64,000 nucleotides of DNA from Heptranchias perlo (Eukaryota): the NCBI RefSeq assembly GCF_035084215.1, contig NC_090361.1, positions 2,294,001-2,358,000 of the forward strand, in the 5' to 3' direction. Shown in pieces: positions 35,897 through 47,839 of this stretch (its first letter is position 1; each line of letters opens with the position of its first letter). Made by a program: the position numbers and the translations under genes. The notes beneath the pieces were generated by a model, which was not told where the DNA came from, made no database searches, and worked only from the letters and a program-made list of their open reading frames with translations.

Positions 35897-36081
35897 CTGT
35901 CATTAAAGACGAGCCTCAGCTGAGCATGCTTCAGCAGTTCAACAAGATAGTGCAAGGGGAGGGCTGGTTTGGCCTCTACCGGGGAATCACGCCCAACTTC
36001 ATGAAGGTGGTGCCTGCCGTAAGCATCAGCTATGTCGTGTACGAGTACATGAAATTTTTCCTGGGCGTCACCTCAAAGTAA
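35897..36081 (+). CDS. SLC25A23: SCaMC exon 10 (last coding exon, TAA)
   Basis: ttccag|CT; (A)[60 protein letters not shown]; summed CDS 1446 nt = 481 aa plus stop. Confidence 0.96.
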
Positions 36082-36726
36082 CTGGTGCGAAGACTCTCGT
36101 CCTTTGAATGATTCTTCCCTTTGTCCTTTTCTTTCTTCTGTGCCCTCTCCAAACAAAAAAAAAACTCGAGAAAAATATAGATACCCGGCAAAAACTGAAA
36201 AAGCATGTTCTCCCTGATCCTCGATGGTCTGCTCCAGTTTTATTTCTTTGCCATATCGGTTTTACGTTCTGCTGTCCAATTCTCCAGCCACCTAGCGCCT
36301 CGCCCCGGGGGGGAGAGCGGCCTCCCAGTGCAGGGCTTGACTCTTGAGTATTGCCAGGCTCACCTGAGCCTTGAAGAGCAGGCGCGGGTGGAAGATTTTA
36401 CCCTGCACAGGGCTCCTCTTCTCGGGCCTCGAATCAGATTCTTGATTCAGTCCTCACCTCAGGTGCACTTTGCAACAAGAAGCACTGAACTGGGTCACTG
36501 GAGACTCCTCAACTGCTGTCCTGGCTGAGATCAGTGGAACCAGTGCAGACTGGCAGTGGGATTCGGAACCTACTGGTCTTGGGTGACCAGGCATTCTTTA
36601 AAATAGAAATGGTTTCTCACACTGCATGTTGCCAATACAGCGGGGTAACTTGCTAATGCATGAGATATCTACTGTTGAATGTGATGTCGAAACACTGTAT
36701 GTATATAATAATAGTTTTAATAATTT

Positions 36727-36732
36727 AATAAA
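36727..36732 (+). terminator. Probable polyadenylation signal of the SCaMC gene
   Basis: AATAAA about 650 nt after the stop, in AT-rich context with T-rich sequence downstream. Confidence 0.5.
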
Positions 36733-37276
36733 CTCATTTGCTCTTAACCCCTCACTGCTCTTTACTGATGCTGATCTGTGAACTGCACAATAGTGGAGTT
36801 GCTATGAACCCCCCTGGAATTCCACGACCTCTACCCTCCTCCCTCCAGCCAGACATTCCAGGACAGCAAACTTCTTTCATGAGATTCACACTCCCACTTT
36901 ATAATGCATGACCGGGAACATCCCTGTGACCTGGAGAGGAGGCAGTCGGGGAGGGGAGGGGGAGCTGTTTTGCACAGTCAGAAGGCAATAACCCTGCCCC
37001 CACTTTTACAGGCACACAATGAACAGCAGCAGGAAAGTAAAGTCTGTGAGCCACAGTGGGAAACCCAAAGAAGGGGCACTGTGAAAAATTGCATTTTTAA
37101 AAAACTGATAAGAGGCCGATAGGAACCAAATATTGGACTCGGCTTCCGTTTGCTACAATACACAGGGTATAACCGTCCTAGACCAACAATTAAATCCTGA
37201 TGCTGTACATACACCGAACTCAATGAGACACATTTACACACTCCGCTCAATGTCATTATTTTGACGCTGGAGAATT

Positions 37277-37470
37277 AAGGCAGAAAGTGCTGGAAATACA
37301 CAGCAGGTCAATCAGCATCTGTAGAGGGAAATGAGTTAATGTTTTATGTGCAAACCTTTTGTCAGAACTGGAAACATTAACCTACCTTTTCTCTTCTCAG
37401 ATGTTGTCCGACCTGCTGTGTATTCCCGGCAGTTTCTGGTTTTCTTTCAAATTTTCAGCATTTACAGTTC
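37277..37470. mobile_element. Degenerate inverted-repeat remnant of a second Penelope-type family (related fragment at 19420-19530)
   Basis: cagaaagtgctggaaatacacagcaggtc...gacctgctgtgtattcccggcagtttctg imperfect inverted arms. Confidence 0.55.
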
Positions 37471-37487
37471 AAAATTTTTTTATCACG

Positions 37488-37937
37488 GTGTCAGCTGTGG
37501 CTCACCAGTATCACCCCTGCCTCGGAGTCAAAAGGTCATGGGTTTAAGTCCCACTCCAGAGACTTCAGCCCATTACCTAGGCTGACAGCTTAACATTGCA
37601 GTACTGAGGCAGGACTGCACTGTCGGAGGTGCTGTCTTTCATATGAGACGACAAACAGAGGCCCCATCTGCCCTCTCAGGTGGACATAAAAGATCCCATG
37701 GTGATATTTGAAGAAGAGCAGGGGAGTTCTCCCGGGTGTCCTGGGCCAATATTTATTCCTCAACCAACATCACTAATACAGATTATCTGGTCATTATCAA
37801 ATTACTGTTTGTGGGATCTTGCTGTGCGCAAATTGGCTGCCGCGTTTCCTACATTACAAACAGTGACTACACTTCAAAAATACTTAATTGGCTGTAAAGC
37901 GCTTTGGGACATCCCGAGGTCATGAAAGTTGCTGTAT
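37488..37937 (+). mobile_element. Near full-length Deu-domain tRNA-SINE (SacSINE1-like)
   Basis: tRNA-like A/B-box head, central conserved body, tail ...gctgtaaagcgctttgggacatcc. Confidence 0.8.
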
Positions 37938-38575
37938 CATAGAATCATACAGCATGTGAGGCCATTCGGCCCATTGTCCCTTGGTTGGTTCTTTGAAAGA
38001 ACTAACCAATTAATCCCACTCCCCTGCTCTTTCCCCATGGTCCTGCAAATTTCTCCTTTTCAAGTATTTATTCAATTTCCTTTTGAAAGTTATTATTGAA
38101 TCTGCTTCCACCGCCCTTTCAGGCGTCGCATTCCAGATCAGAACAACTCGCTGTGTTAAAAAAAAGTTCTCCTCATCTCTCCTCTGATTCTTTTGCCAAT
38201 TACCTTAAATCTGTGTCTTCTGGTTACTGACCCTCCTGCCAGTGGAAACAGTTTCTCCTTATTTACTCTATCAAAACCCTTCATAATTTTGAACACCTCT
38301 ATTAAATCTCCCCTTAACGTTCTCTGCTCTAAGGAGAACAACCCCAGCTTCTCCAGTCTCACGGCGTAACTGAAGTCCCCCACCCCTGGTATCATTCTGG
38401 TAAATCTCCTCTGCACCCTCTCCAAGGCCTGAACATCCTTCCTAAAGTTTGGTGCCCAGAATTAGACACAATACTCCAGCTGAGGCCTAACCAGTGAGTT
38501 TATAAAGGTTTAGCGTAACTTCCTTGCTTTTGTACTCCATGCTTCTGTTTATAAAGCCAAGGATACTGTATGCTT
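37938..38575 (-). mobile_element. CR1 3' fragment
   Basis: ORF 38156-38425 ERVQRRFTRMIPG... Confidence 0.9.
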
Positions 38576-38582
38576 GTTCTTT

Positions 38583-40395
38583 ATAGAATCATAGAAAATT
38601 TACGGCACAGAAGGAGGCCATTCGGCCCATTGTGTCCACGCCAGCTGAGAAACGAGCCACCCAGCCTAATCCCACTTTCCCGCATTTGGTCCATAGCCCT
38701 GCAGATCACAGTTCTTCAGGTACACATCCAGGTATTTTTTAAATGAGTTGAGGGTTTCTGCCTCTACCACCCTTTCAGGCAGTGAGTTCCAGACCCCCAC
38801 CACCCTCTGGGTGAAAAGATCTTTCCTCATTTCCACTCTAATCCTTCTACCAATCACTTTAAATCTATCCCCCCTGGTTATTGACCCCTCCGCTGAGGGA
38901 AATAGGTCCTTCCTATCCACTTTATCTAGGCCTCTCATAATTTTATACACCTTAATCAATCACCCCTCAGCCTCCTCTGTCCAAGGAAAACAACCCCTGC
39001 CCCTATCTAATCTGTCATCATAGTTAAAATTCTCCAGTCCTGGTAACATCCTCATAAATCTCCTCTGCACCCTCTCTAGTGCAATTACATTCTTCCTGTA
39101 ATGTGATGACCAGAACTGTACGCAGTACTCAAGCTGTGGCCTAACTAGTGTTTTATACAGTTCCAGCATAAATATCCCTGCATTTATGTTGTGTGCCTCG
39201 GTTAATAAAGGAAAGTATTCCATATGCCGCCTTAGCCACCTTATCGATCTGTCCTGCTACCTTCAGGGATCTGTGGACATGCACTCCAAGGTCCCTCACT
39301 TCCTCTACACCTCTCAGTATCCTCCCATTTATTGTGTATTCCTTGCCTTGTTTACTCTCCCCAAATGCATTACCTCACACTTCTCCGGATTGAACTCCAT
39401 TTGCCACTTTTCTGCCCACCTGACCAGTCCATTGATATCTTCCTACAGTCTACAGCTTTCCTCCTCACTATCAACCACACAGCCTATCTTTGTGTCATCC
39501 GCAAATTTCTTAATCATGCCCCCTCGTTTAAGTCCAAATCGTTAACGTATACCACAAAAAACAAAGGTCCTAGTACCGAGCCCTGCGGCACCCGACTGGA
39601 AACAGCCTTCCAGTCGCAAAAACACCAGTCGACCATTACCCTTTGCTTCCTGCCACTGAGCCATTTTTGGATTCATTTTGCCACGTTCCCTTGGATCCCA
39701 TGGGCCTTTACTTTTTTGACCAGTCTGCCATGTGGGACCTTGTCAAAAGCCTTGCTAAAATCCATGTCGACTACGTCAATTGCGCTACCCTCATCGATCC
39801 TCCTTGTCACCTCCTCGAAAATGCAATCAAGTTAGTCAGACACGACCTCGCCTTAACAAATCCGTGCTGACTGTCCTTGATTTGTCTGTGCCTTTCTAAG
39901 TGACAGTTTATCCTGTCACTCAGAATTGATTCCAATAATTTGCCCACCACCGAGGTTAGGCTGACTGGCCCGGTCTATCCTTCGCTCCCTTTTTAAACAA
40001 CGGTACAACGTTAGCAGTCCTCCAATCCTCCGGCACTATATCCAGTGAAGTTTGGAAAATGATTGTTAAAGCCTCCGCTATATCCTTCCTGGCTTCTTTT
40101 AACAGCCTGGGATACATTTCATCCGGCCCTGGTGATTTATCCACTTTCAAAGATGCTAATCCCCTTAATGCTTCCTCTCTCACTTTGTTTATCCCATCCA
40201 ACATTTCACACTCCTCCTCCATAACTTCATTCCCTGTATCATTCCTCTCCTTTGTGAAGACAGATGCATTAAGAACCATACCCACATCTTCCGCCTCCAC
40301 ACATAGTTTACCTTTTTGGTCTGTAACGGGCCCTACTCTTTCCTTAGTTATCCTCTTGCTCTTAATGTATTAATAAAACATCTTTGGGTTTCTTT
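38583..40395 (-). mobile_element. Decayed CR1 LINE RT region (about 1.8 kb, several frameshifts)
   Basis: ORFs 39956-40300 (KSPGPDEMYPRLLKE), 38960-39223 and 38666-38959. Confidence 0.92.
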
Positions 40396-40559
40396 ATATA
40401 AGTTCTCTCAAATTTTCTTCTCAAAGAAAATACACAGGTAATTAACCTTGCGCTGCATATTGTATCAGCAGGTCATCTGTAGCAAATCCAGCCGCTCAGT
40501 GTGAAGCTCTCATTCCCTCCTTTTTCACATGCTTTACTCATGCAGCATGACGCTATCAT

Positions 40560-40947
40560 CCCGCCTTCCGCCGGTTCTGGAATTCCATTGGCTGAATCCA
40601 CTGCCAATCAATTCTTGGCCGCACGCTTCACGTCGTGTTCTGATTGCATCGCCAAGACGTCAATCAGCGCGACGTCACAAGGACCGCGCGTCGACGTCGG
40701 CGCGGCTCCGCGCGACGATTGGTCGACGGGCGCGTCAATCAACCGTCAGCCGTGTGCCCGCCCCCTCCGTCTCTTGGCGGTGTCGAGGCGGGAGCGTTGG
40801 AAGCCATTATTGCTCGTCGCTGGCTCCGTGCGGCTAAAAGTGACTGGTTGCCCAGTGCGTGAAGCGGGGAGGGGGGAAGAAAAAAATAAATAAATCAATA
40901 AATCAAAAGACAGGCTGCCCCGTGGAGACGAGACGAGAGGAAAGGAA
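40560..40947 (+). promoter_or_regulatory. KHSRP CpG-island promoter and 5'UTR
   Basis: Very CpG-dense; CCAAT 40604, ATTGG 40718, GACGTCA 40656 and 40671, repeated CGTCAATCA; YY1-like aaATGGCGG over the start codon. Confidence 0.7.
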
Positions 40948-41073
40948 ATGGCGGATTTCGCGACTGTGGCACCCCCGCACGCAGGAGGTGCCGGCGCGGC
41001 CGGGCCTGGAGCTGGCGGAGCGGCCTTTAAGAAGCCGGACGCTTTCGCGGACGCGGTGCAGCGGGCCCGGCAG
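40948..41073 (+). CDS. KHSRP: KH-type splicing regulatory protein (FUBP2), exon 1
   Basis: MADFATVAPP...KKPDAFADAVQRARQ (DAFADAVQRARQ is KHSRP-type; FUBP1 has DAFKDALQRARQ); CAG|gtcagt. Confidence 0.92.
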
Positions 41074-44000
41074 GTCAGTTCAAAGGAGAGGGAGGAGGAG
41101 ATTGGGGGGGGGTGGGTGGTGGGAAAAGGAAGGAAGAAAAATGTGCGGCCTAGTGGTGAGGTGAGGAGGGAAAGGGGGGGGGTTGGTGAAGCCTGATTGA
41201 CTAGGCCGCACTGAGGTGGAGCACGCTGAGGGGAGGGGGTGGAAGAGAAGCAGGGGACCCGGCGCTCTTTCTGGATCCTGGAAGGCCGAGGGAGCCGAGC
41301 GGCAGGAGCGGATTTGGTTCTGTGAGAGAGAGAGAGGGAGGGGAGCACCTGCACAGGCCGAGGCCCCTTTGTTGGCCTGGTCCGGACTGCAGCACCTTTC
41401 ATCTGTGGGTAAATGAGGAGAAATCTCCGTCTCTCCTCAACGTTGCTCAGGTTCTGAAAGTGAAACAGGAGGCCCAACACCACAGGGACTGTGCACACTC
41501 CACCCTCCCTCAACACTGCACATCCTCCTTGGTTAAAATTACATCTTCATTATTTTCTTTGTTTCTAAAAGAAAAAGTCACAAAATATGTGCAATTATTG
41601 AAATTTTGAACTTTTAATCATTTCAAGTAGGTGAATAGCCCTTTCTTCAATACACTAATAATAAAGACTCTACACAGTATTTTAGATATGGCAGTTGACA
41701 TCAGTTCACCTGATTAGGCAGGTCAGTAAAACTTGAATTTGTCTGCTCAATCTTTGTAGAAATGGGGAGAAAAATCTTCACGTTCTTGTGGAGGAGGTTG
41801 TGGGTGAATGTAGATGTTGGTGGAGGGGGGAGACCGAGCATGAGCTCCTTCCCCTGAATGGGAATGTATTCTCATCTAAGGTGCTGAAAGTTTCACTTTT
41901 TTGTACTCTGAGCACCCCTATGTCAAGTGTAATGTAGCTCTGATGCAGAGTAAACATCCATTTACTAAGCCCCCAATGGTGGAAGAGGACTCGTAGTTTC
42001 ACCAGTGTAACTGTTTTCATTTCCCCTCACAAACTATCCTTTTAAGCACTCAAATGCAGTGTTGGTGCCAAAAATTGTCAAGTTGTGGACACTACTGTGA
42101 GCTCATGCTCTCCAGGAACTGGACAGCGCCAGATCCAGTCTCATTCTATTTAGGATGCATGGAGCCAGACGAGAAGGCACAGGTAATCAGGTTTGAGGTC
42201 AGAGGTTGCACTGTAACAAAGTCCCAGTTTTCTAGTTCTGAAATTTTACACCTTAATGTCTTTTTTTTGCTACTGCATGCTATAGTAAAGTGCAGTAAAT
42301 GTTTGGGGGTGGTTAGAGAACTTTGGAAGTGTATAGTTACACTACAGTTTTTCAGTCAAGATCAGTGGTGGGCAAGTGAAGTTTTTACACTATGTTCACT
42401 AGAACTGTGAAAAGTGCTCAATAATACTATAATGGATTCTGTCTTTCCAAACTTGGGTTGTGCTTGGAGGAACATTTAGAACTCTAACACTAAGATGAAG
42501 CATGATCAGGACTGTGATCACTGCTGGTGTTAGCAGTGGGAGCAATTTGTTGTGATGAAATGGCTGCAGTAAGGTATTTCCCAAAGTCCATCGGCACCAA
42601 TATTATCTGTACAATAAGGATTGTGACCCTGGTTGGATGATGGTGCTGTTTGGAGTGGGGGAATAGTGTAAATTGTATTAAATTAATTTGGGGAATGGGG
42701 AAGAGAGAGAATAAACAAAGTAAGTCAGTGAGTTGTGTCTGTGTCAGAACCTTCCATGTGGTGAGGGGAAGCAATTAACCCAGAGAAAAAGCTGGCAGGT
42801 GACTAACTCTGGTCTGGAAATTGAGTGTCAAGATTTGGGGCCAGTAAGAAATAACCTGAAAATTAGAATGTCCCTCCATTGTGTTGTCTCCCCTGAATTT
42901 GCTGACTCTTGCTGGGGTAAGGCTTTGACAGGTACTGGTATTCTTCCTGCTTTTGCCACAGTGACCACTTTTCATGTGCGAGTGTTTGCAGGCTGTTGAT
43001 GCAGTGTGTCATAGCTGAGTCCGATTCTGCTGTCGCCTGCCAACTATCTGCTCTTCCAGGAGGAGTCAATGGCTATCATTTAAGAGTAGAAACAGTTGCT
43101 ATTACACCCCCACCCCTCCCAACTGGGAATGCTGATGACCATTGTGGCATTGTTGCTGCTGGCCTGGCTGAGATCAGCACTGCAAGTAATTTCCTCCTCA
43201 TGTACCCTAACCAACTGAGCCACTGATGGAGGAGAACTTGTGTTGCTTAAAAACATTTCTGGGATTAAGTTGGCTCTTTGTTCTGGAAACTAAATGGCTG
43301 CTCAGCAGCTAATATAAGTTTAAATAAAGAAGAATGACCCCACCGGCATTATGAGTAAGTGGGGCAGCTTAATGCTTGTAACTTTCTGTTTAGTCACCAG
43401 CTGATGCAGGATATCCAGACTGAAGAATTAAGGTTTGATGCATTTGCTACAAATTCACTGACACTTAATCAGTTGATTAGCAAGAAGTAATGGATAGTTT
43501 ACATTTAAGATACCAAATGGGTCCCTCTCTAAGCTGTGAGAAAGCTCATCTAATAAACATGATTTTTGGTGCTCCACTTGTGATGGCATCTCGTCTCACT
43601 GGAGTATGGTGCCAGCATCCCTCAGTAAATGGCCAGTCCTTGTGTACTCTGGAAGTTGGAGCAAGTAAAGGCCATTTGACCCATCAAGCCCAATTGTTCC
43701 ATAGACCTACCTAATCTGCCGTATCCAATTTATACAGCCTGGGATAATGCAAGATTTCTTCTTCTCCTCCTGCCACGATGTCCATTCCAGGATATCTACC
43801 TAACCTGGTATTCTACATTCATCCTTGGCATGTCATTTCTGTATTCCCAGTAGTTCAGGAATCAGCATGTTCCACACAGTTTTCAGTTTCCTTAACAATC
43901 CTCAACTGTGTTGCAGTTGATGTGTTCGTCCACTTTTTACAAAAAAAATGCTAACATGGAATTAATTATTTTGCATGCAAATTCATTTAATTACTCGAGG

Positions 44001-45349
44001 TGGGGGAAGGAATGAAATCCACAATAAAAGTGAGTGTTAAGCTATTCAGCTACCTTGGAGCATTATCTGAGCACATACTTTCCTCACTGCGCTCCTCATG
44101 CACTCTTTCCAGGTGTGGGTTACTGGTTAGTGACCAAAAGCTTGATCTGTGGCTGTTTTCTCCTCTCTCCATTTGGGGCAAATAGTGCCCTCACCAATCA
44201 GAGATCAACTAACTCAGTACGATGCAGGGAGGTTCATACCGTACCACGTGTTGGATTTACCCCAGTCATTGAGTGACCCAAACCAATAGAGTCCAGCCTT
44301 GGAATAGATCTTTAACCATTGGAAGCACCACCAGAATTACCCCCTTTCATGGCTCCTCTAATGGCTATAAGCCTCTAATGAGTAGCTGAGCTGTACCGAA
44401 AGGGAAGGGCCCCAGTTAGGTTTGTGACAGGAGTGGTTGGGGTTCTCCCATTGGCCTCTGTGTTCTGGGTGAGAGAAGATGATAATGAACCTTTGTTGGT
44501 GATCCCAGCTGAAAAGTGTGCTTGTGTAGATGTTTGGTGAGGGGAGGTTTAGGGTCAGCTTGATGCATCCTGCAGGCAAAATAACCTGCAATATTTGCTA
44601 TCGGGCTCCTTGTATCAATTTAGAACTGTGCCTGAATCCAGCTTCAGGAGTTAGGAAAACTGGTGAGGGAATAATTAGCGCATCTTCAGTTTTTTTTTCC
44701 TTGTGCTCAAAGTGAGGGATGTTGGTGCTGGTGAATGGAACTTTCCCCATTCAGCCACCCAGTATCAACATCAGGCACTCCCAGGCCAGGAACAGCTGAG
44801 CTGCATTCTGAGCAGAGCTTCCTGTGCTCTGTCTCAACACCATGCCTTAGCTGGGTCACAGAAGAGCACCCCCTTTTCCATTGTATGCACCTGCTGTGCA
44901 GTGGCTTCTCGAGATTATCAGCGAGTGCCAATTCAGGAAACCTTGGACCTCGACTGAGACTGCCAAAATCTATTTCATGTGGGACCCTTGGCGTCAGCGG
45001 ACAGATACATCTGTCAATCTGGGTTGGAATTGAGAGCAGTTCCCGGAGGTGAAAGATTTGTGTCTGACTCTCTGCATACAGTTAACAAAACTGTTGAACA
45101 GCAGCAACTTGCATTTATAAAGCACCTTTAATGTAGTAAAACGTACCAAAGTGCTTCACAGGAGAGTTATCAAACATGGGAAAATTCTGCAATACTTATT
45201 GGGTTTGATGGTTTGGTTGGATGTGTGTTTGTGCCCATAATTCTGCATTTGGTGAGAGCCAAGTGGAGCACAAGTGCTGCCCCACAGAGGGGGAAATTAA
45301 GAGTTTGTTTCCCAAACTTTTTTAACCCTGACCTGTTGTGTATCACTCC

Positions 45350-45580
45350 CCCTACCCACCCCATCCCATTGTTGGTGGCTTTGCCTTCAGTTGCCTGGAT
45401 CCCATGCTCTAATTCCCTCCTTAAACCCTTCAGCCCCACTGCCCCTTTCAGACCCTTCTCAAACCCACGTCTTTGCCCAAGGCTTTGGTCACTCCTCCCT
45501 ATTCCTTTTTGGGGTCTGTTTTTCACCATGCCTCTTTAGCACCATGGGATATGTTCTATGTTAATGGTGCTATATACATC
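45350..45580 (+). mobile_element. Old L2-like LINE 3' fragment (related antisense fragment about 48680-48990)
   Basis: ggtggctttgccttcag...ctttgcccaaggctttggtcac...gctatata pattern recalled from fish L2 ends; degenerate. Confidence 0.45.
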
Positions 45581-46429
45581 TAAGTTGATTTGTCTTGTGC
45601 ATTCTGGTGGCTGGTTATAAAGCAGCAGTGACAAAACTCTGGGAGATAGTTGTCTGCTTCCTTTACTGGGAGTGATTCCATTTGGCACTCACTGTGTGGA
45701 ATCATGGGCACAAACACGTGTTGCACCAGGCCATCACACCAATAGGTACTTGTGAATGTGCAATAAAAGGTGTGGTTTTGGCAACCGAAGATGAGATTCA
45801 AGAATTTAAAACTAGAAAGCAATTCCAGTCGTCACACATGAGCACCTTGAGCTCTGTAATGAACTCAGATGGAACCAAGCCTTCAGTTTTCTACTTTACT
45901 CACAATTTAAAAGAGCGTTCTTATTTTTCTTCCCTGTCCCTACAGAAGGAATTGGAGGGAAGGAATACTTTTACTCCCATCCCAGCCCAGGAAGAAAACT
46001 ACAGTGCGCCCCACTGGAAAAAATTCTCTTCAAGCTCCCTTAATGGCTCAACTGGTTACGGCAAAATTGCCCAGCCATGCAGGGCAGGAAGGTCTCAGTT
46101 TTGTTGTCTGATTTGTGCGGTTAGCTGATGTCAACCAGAGTAGCAGCTAGCATGCTACTGTCAGCCTTTGTTGGTGCCTCTGGATTTGTGAAGGAAAAAT
46201 CAACCAGCGGATGCATTTTTGGACTATGGCTGGACATGGTCAGGTTTGATGCCCTGTGATTGAATAGCTTGCTAATGCTTACTGTCTTCGCAGGCAATGA
46301 CCTCTTGGGTGAGGTACCTGAGGGTTGCTGGCACCTGTGGAACAGTACACAAGCCAAACTTGGTACCTCCCAGGAAAGGAGGGGAAAAGATTAGGAAGAA
46401 ACAGAACTAACAAAAACCATTGGTGGGAG

Positions 46430-47839
46430 TCATAGAGTTGCACAGCACGGATAGAGGCCCTTCGGCCCATCGTGTCCGCGCCGGCCATCAGCCCTGTCTA
46501 CTCTAATCCCATATTCCAGCATTTGGTCCGTAGCCTTGTATGCTATGGCATTTCAAGTGCTCATCCAAATGCTTCTTGAATGTTGTGAGGGTTCCTGCCT
46601 CCACAACCCTTTCAGGCAGTGAGTTCCAGACTCCAACCACCCTCTGGGTGAAAAAGTTCTTTCTCAAATCCCCTCTAAACCTCCCGCCTTTTACCTTGAA
46701 TCTATGTCCCCTTGTTATAGAACCCTCAACGAAGGGAAAAAGCTCCTTAGTATCCATCCTATCTGTGCCCCTCATAATTTTGTACACCTCAATCATGTCC
46801 CCCCTCAGCCTCCTCTGCTCCAAGGAAAACAAACCCAATCTTCCCAGTCTCTCTTCATAGCTGAAGCGCTCCAGCCCTGGTAACATCCTGGTGAATCTCC
46901 TCTGCACCCTCTCCAAAGCGATCACATCCTTCCTGTAGTGTGGCGACCAGAACTGCACACAGTACTCCAGCTGTGGCCTAACCAGTGTTTTATACAGCTC
47001 CATCATAACCTCCTTGCTCTTATATTCTATGCCTCGGCTAATAAAGGCAAGTATCCCATATGCCTTCTTTACCACCTTATCTACCTGTTCCGCCGCCTTC
47101 AGGGATCTGTGAACTTGCACACCAAGATCCCTCTGACCCTCTGTCTTGCCTAGGGTCCTCCCATTCATTGTGTATTCCCTTGCCTTGTTAGTCCCTCCAA
47201 AGTGCATCACCTCGCACTTTTCCGGGTTAAATTCCATTTGCCACTGTTCCGCCCATCTGACCAACCCATCTATATCGTCCTGCAGACTGAGGCTATCCTC
47301 CTCACTATTTGCCACCCTACCAATCTTTGTATCATCAGCGAACTTACTGATCATACCTTTTACATTCATATCCAAGTCATTAATGTAGACCACAAACAGC
47401 AAGGGACCCAGCACCGATCCCTGTGGTACCCCACTGGCCACAGGCTTCCAGTCACAAAAACAACCTTCGACCATCACCCTCTGCCTTCTGCCACTAAGCC
47501 AGTTTTGTATCCAAAGTGCCAAGGCACCCTGGATTCCATGGGCTCGTACCTTCTTGACCAGTCTCCTGTGGGGGACTTTATCGAAGGCCTTACTGAAATC
47601 CATGTATACCACATCCACTGCGTCACCCTCATCCACACGCCTAGTCACCCCCTCAAAAATTTCAATCAAATTAGTCAGACATGATCTTCCCTTGACAAAG
47701 CCATGTTGACTATCCCTGATTAATCCTTGCTTCTCCAAGTGGAGACTAATTTTGTCCTTCAGAATTTTTTCCAATAATTTTCCTAGCACTGATGTTAGGC
47801 TCACTGGCCTGTAGTTCCCCGGTTTTTCCCTACTCCCCT
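46430..47839 (-). mobile_element. Young 5'-truncated CR1 LINE with uninterrupted 433-aa RT/C-terminal ORF (46503-47804)
   Basis: [39 protein letters not shown] motifs; intact tail. Confidence 0.95.

Noticed and set aside
40501-41609. Several overlapping ORFs around KHSRP exon 1 (e.g. 256 aa on minus)
   Set aside because: Stop-poor GC-rich CpG island; no recognisable protein
46503-47804. Domesticated reverse transcriptase gene
   Set aside because: 5'-truncated, with no endonuclease or native start, and has an ordinary CR1 tail; a young insertion explains the open frame
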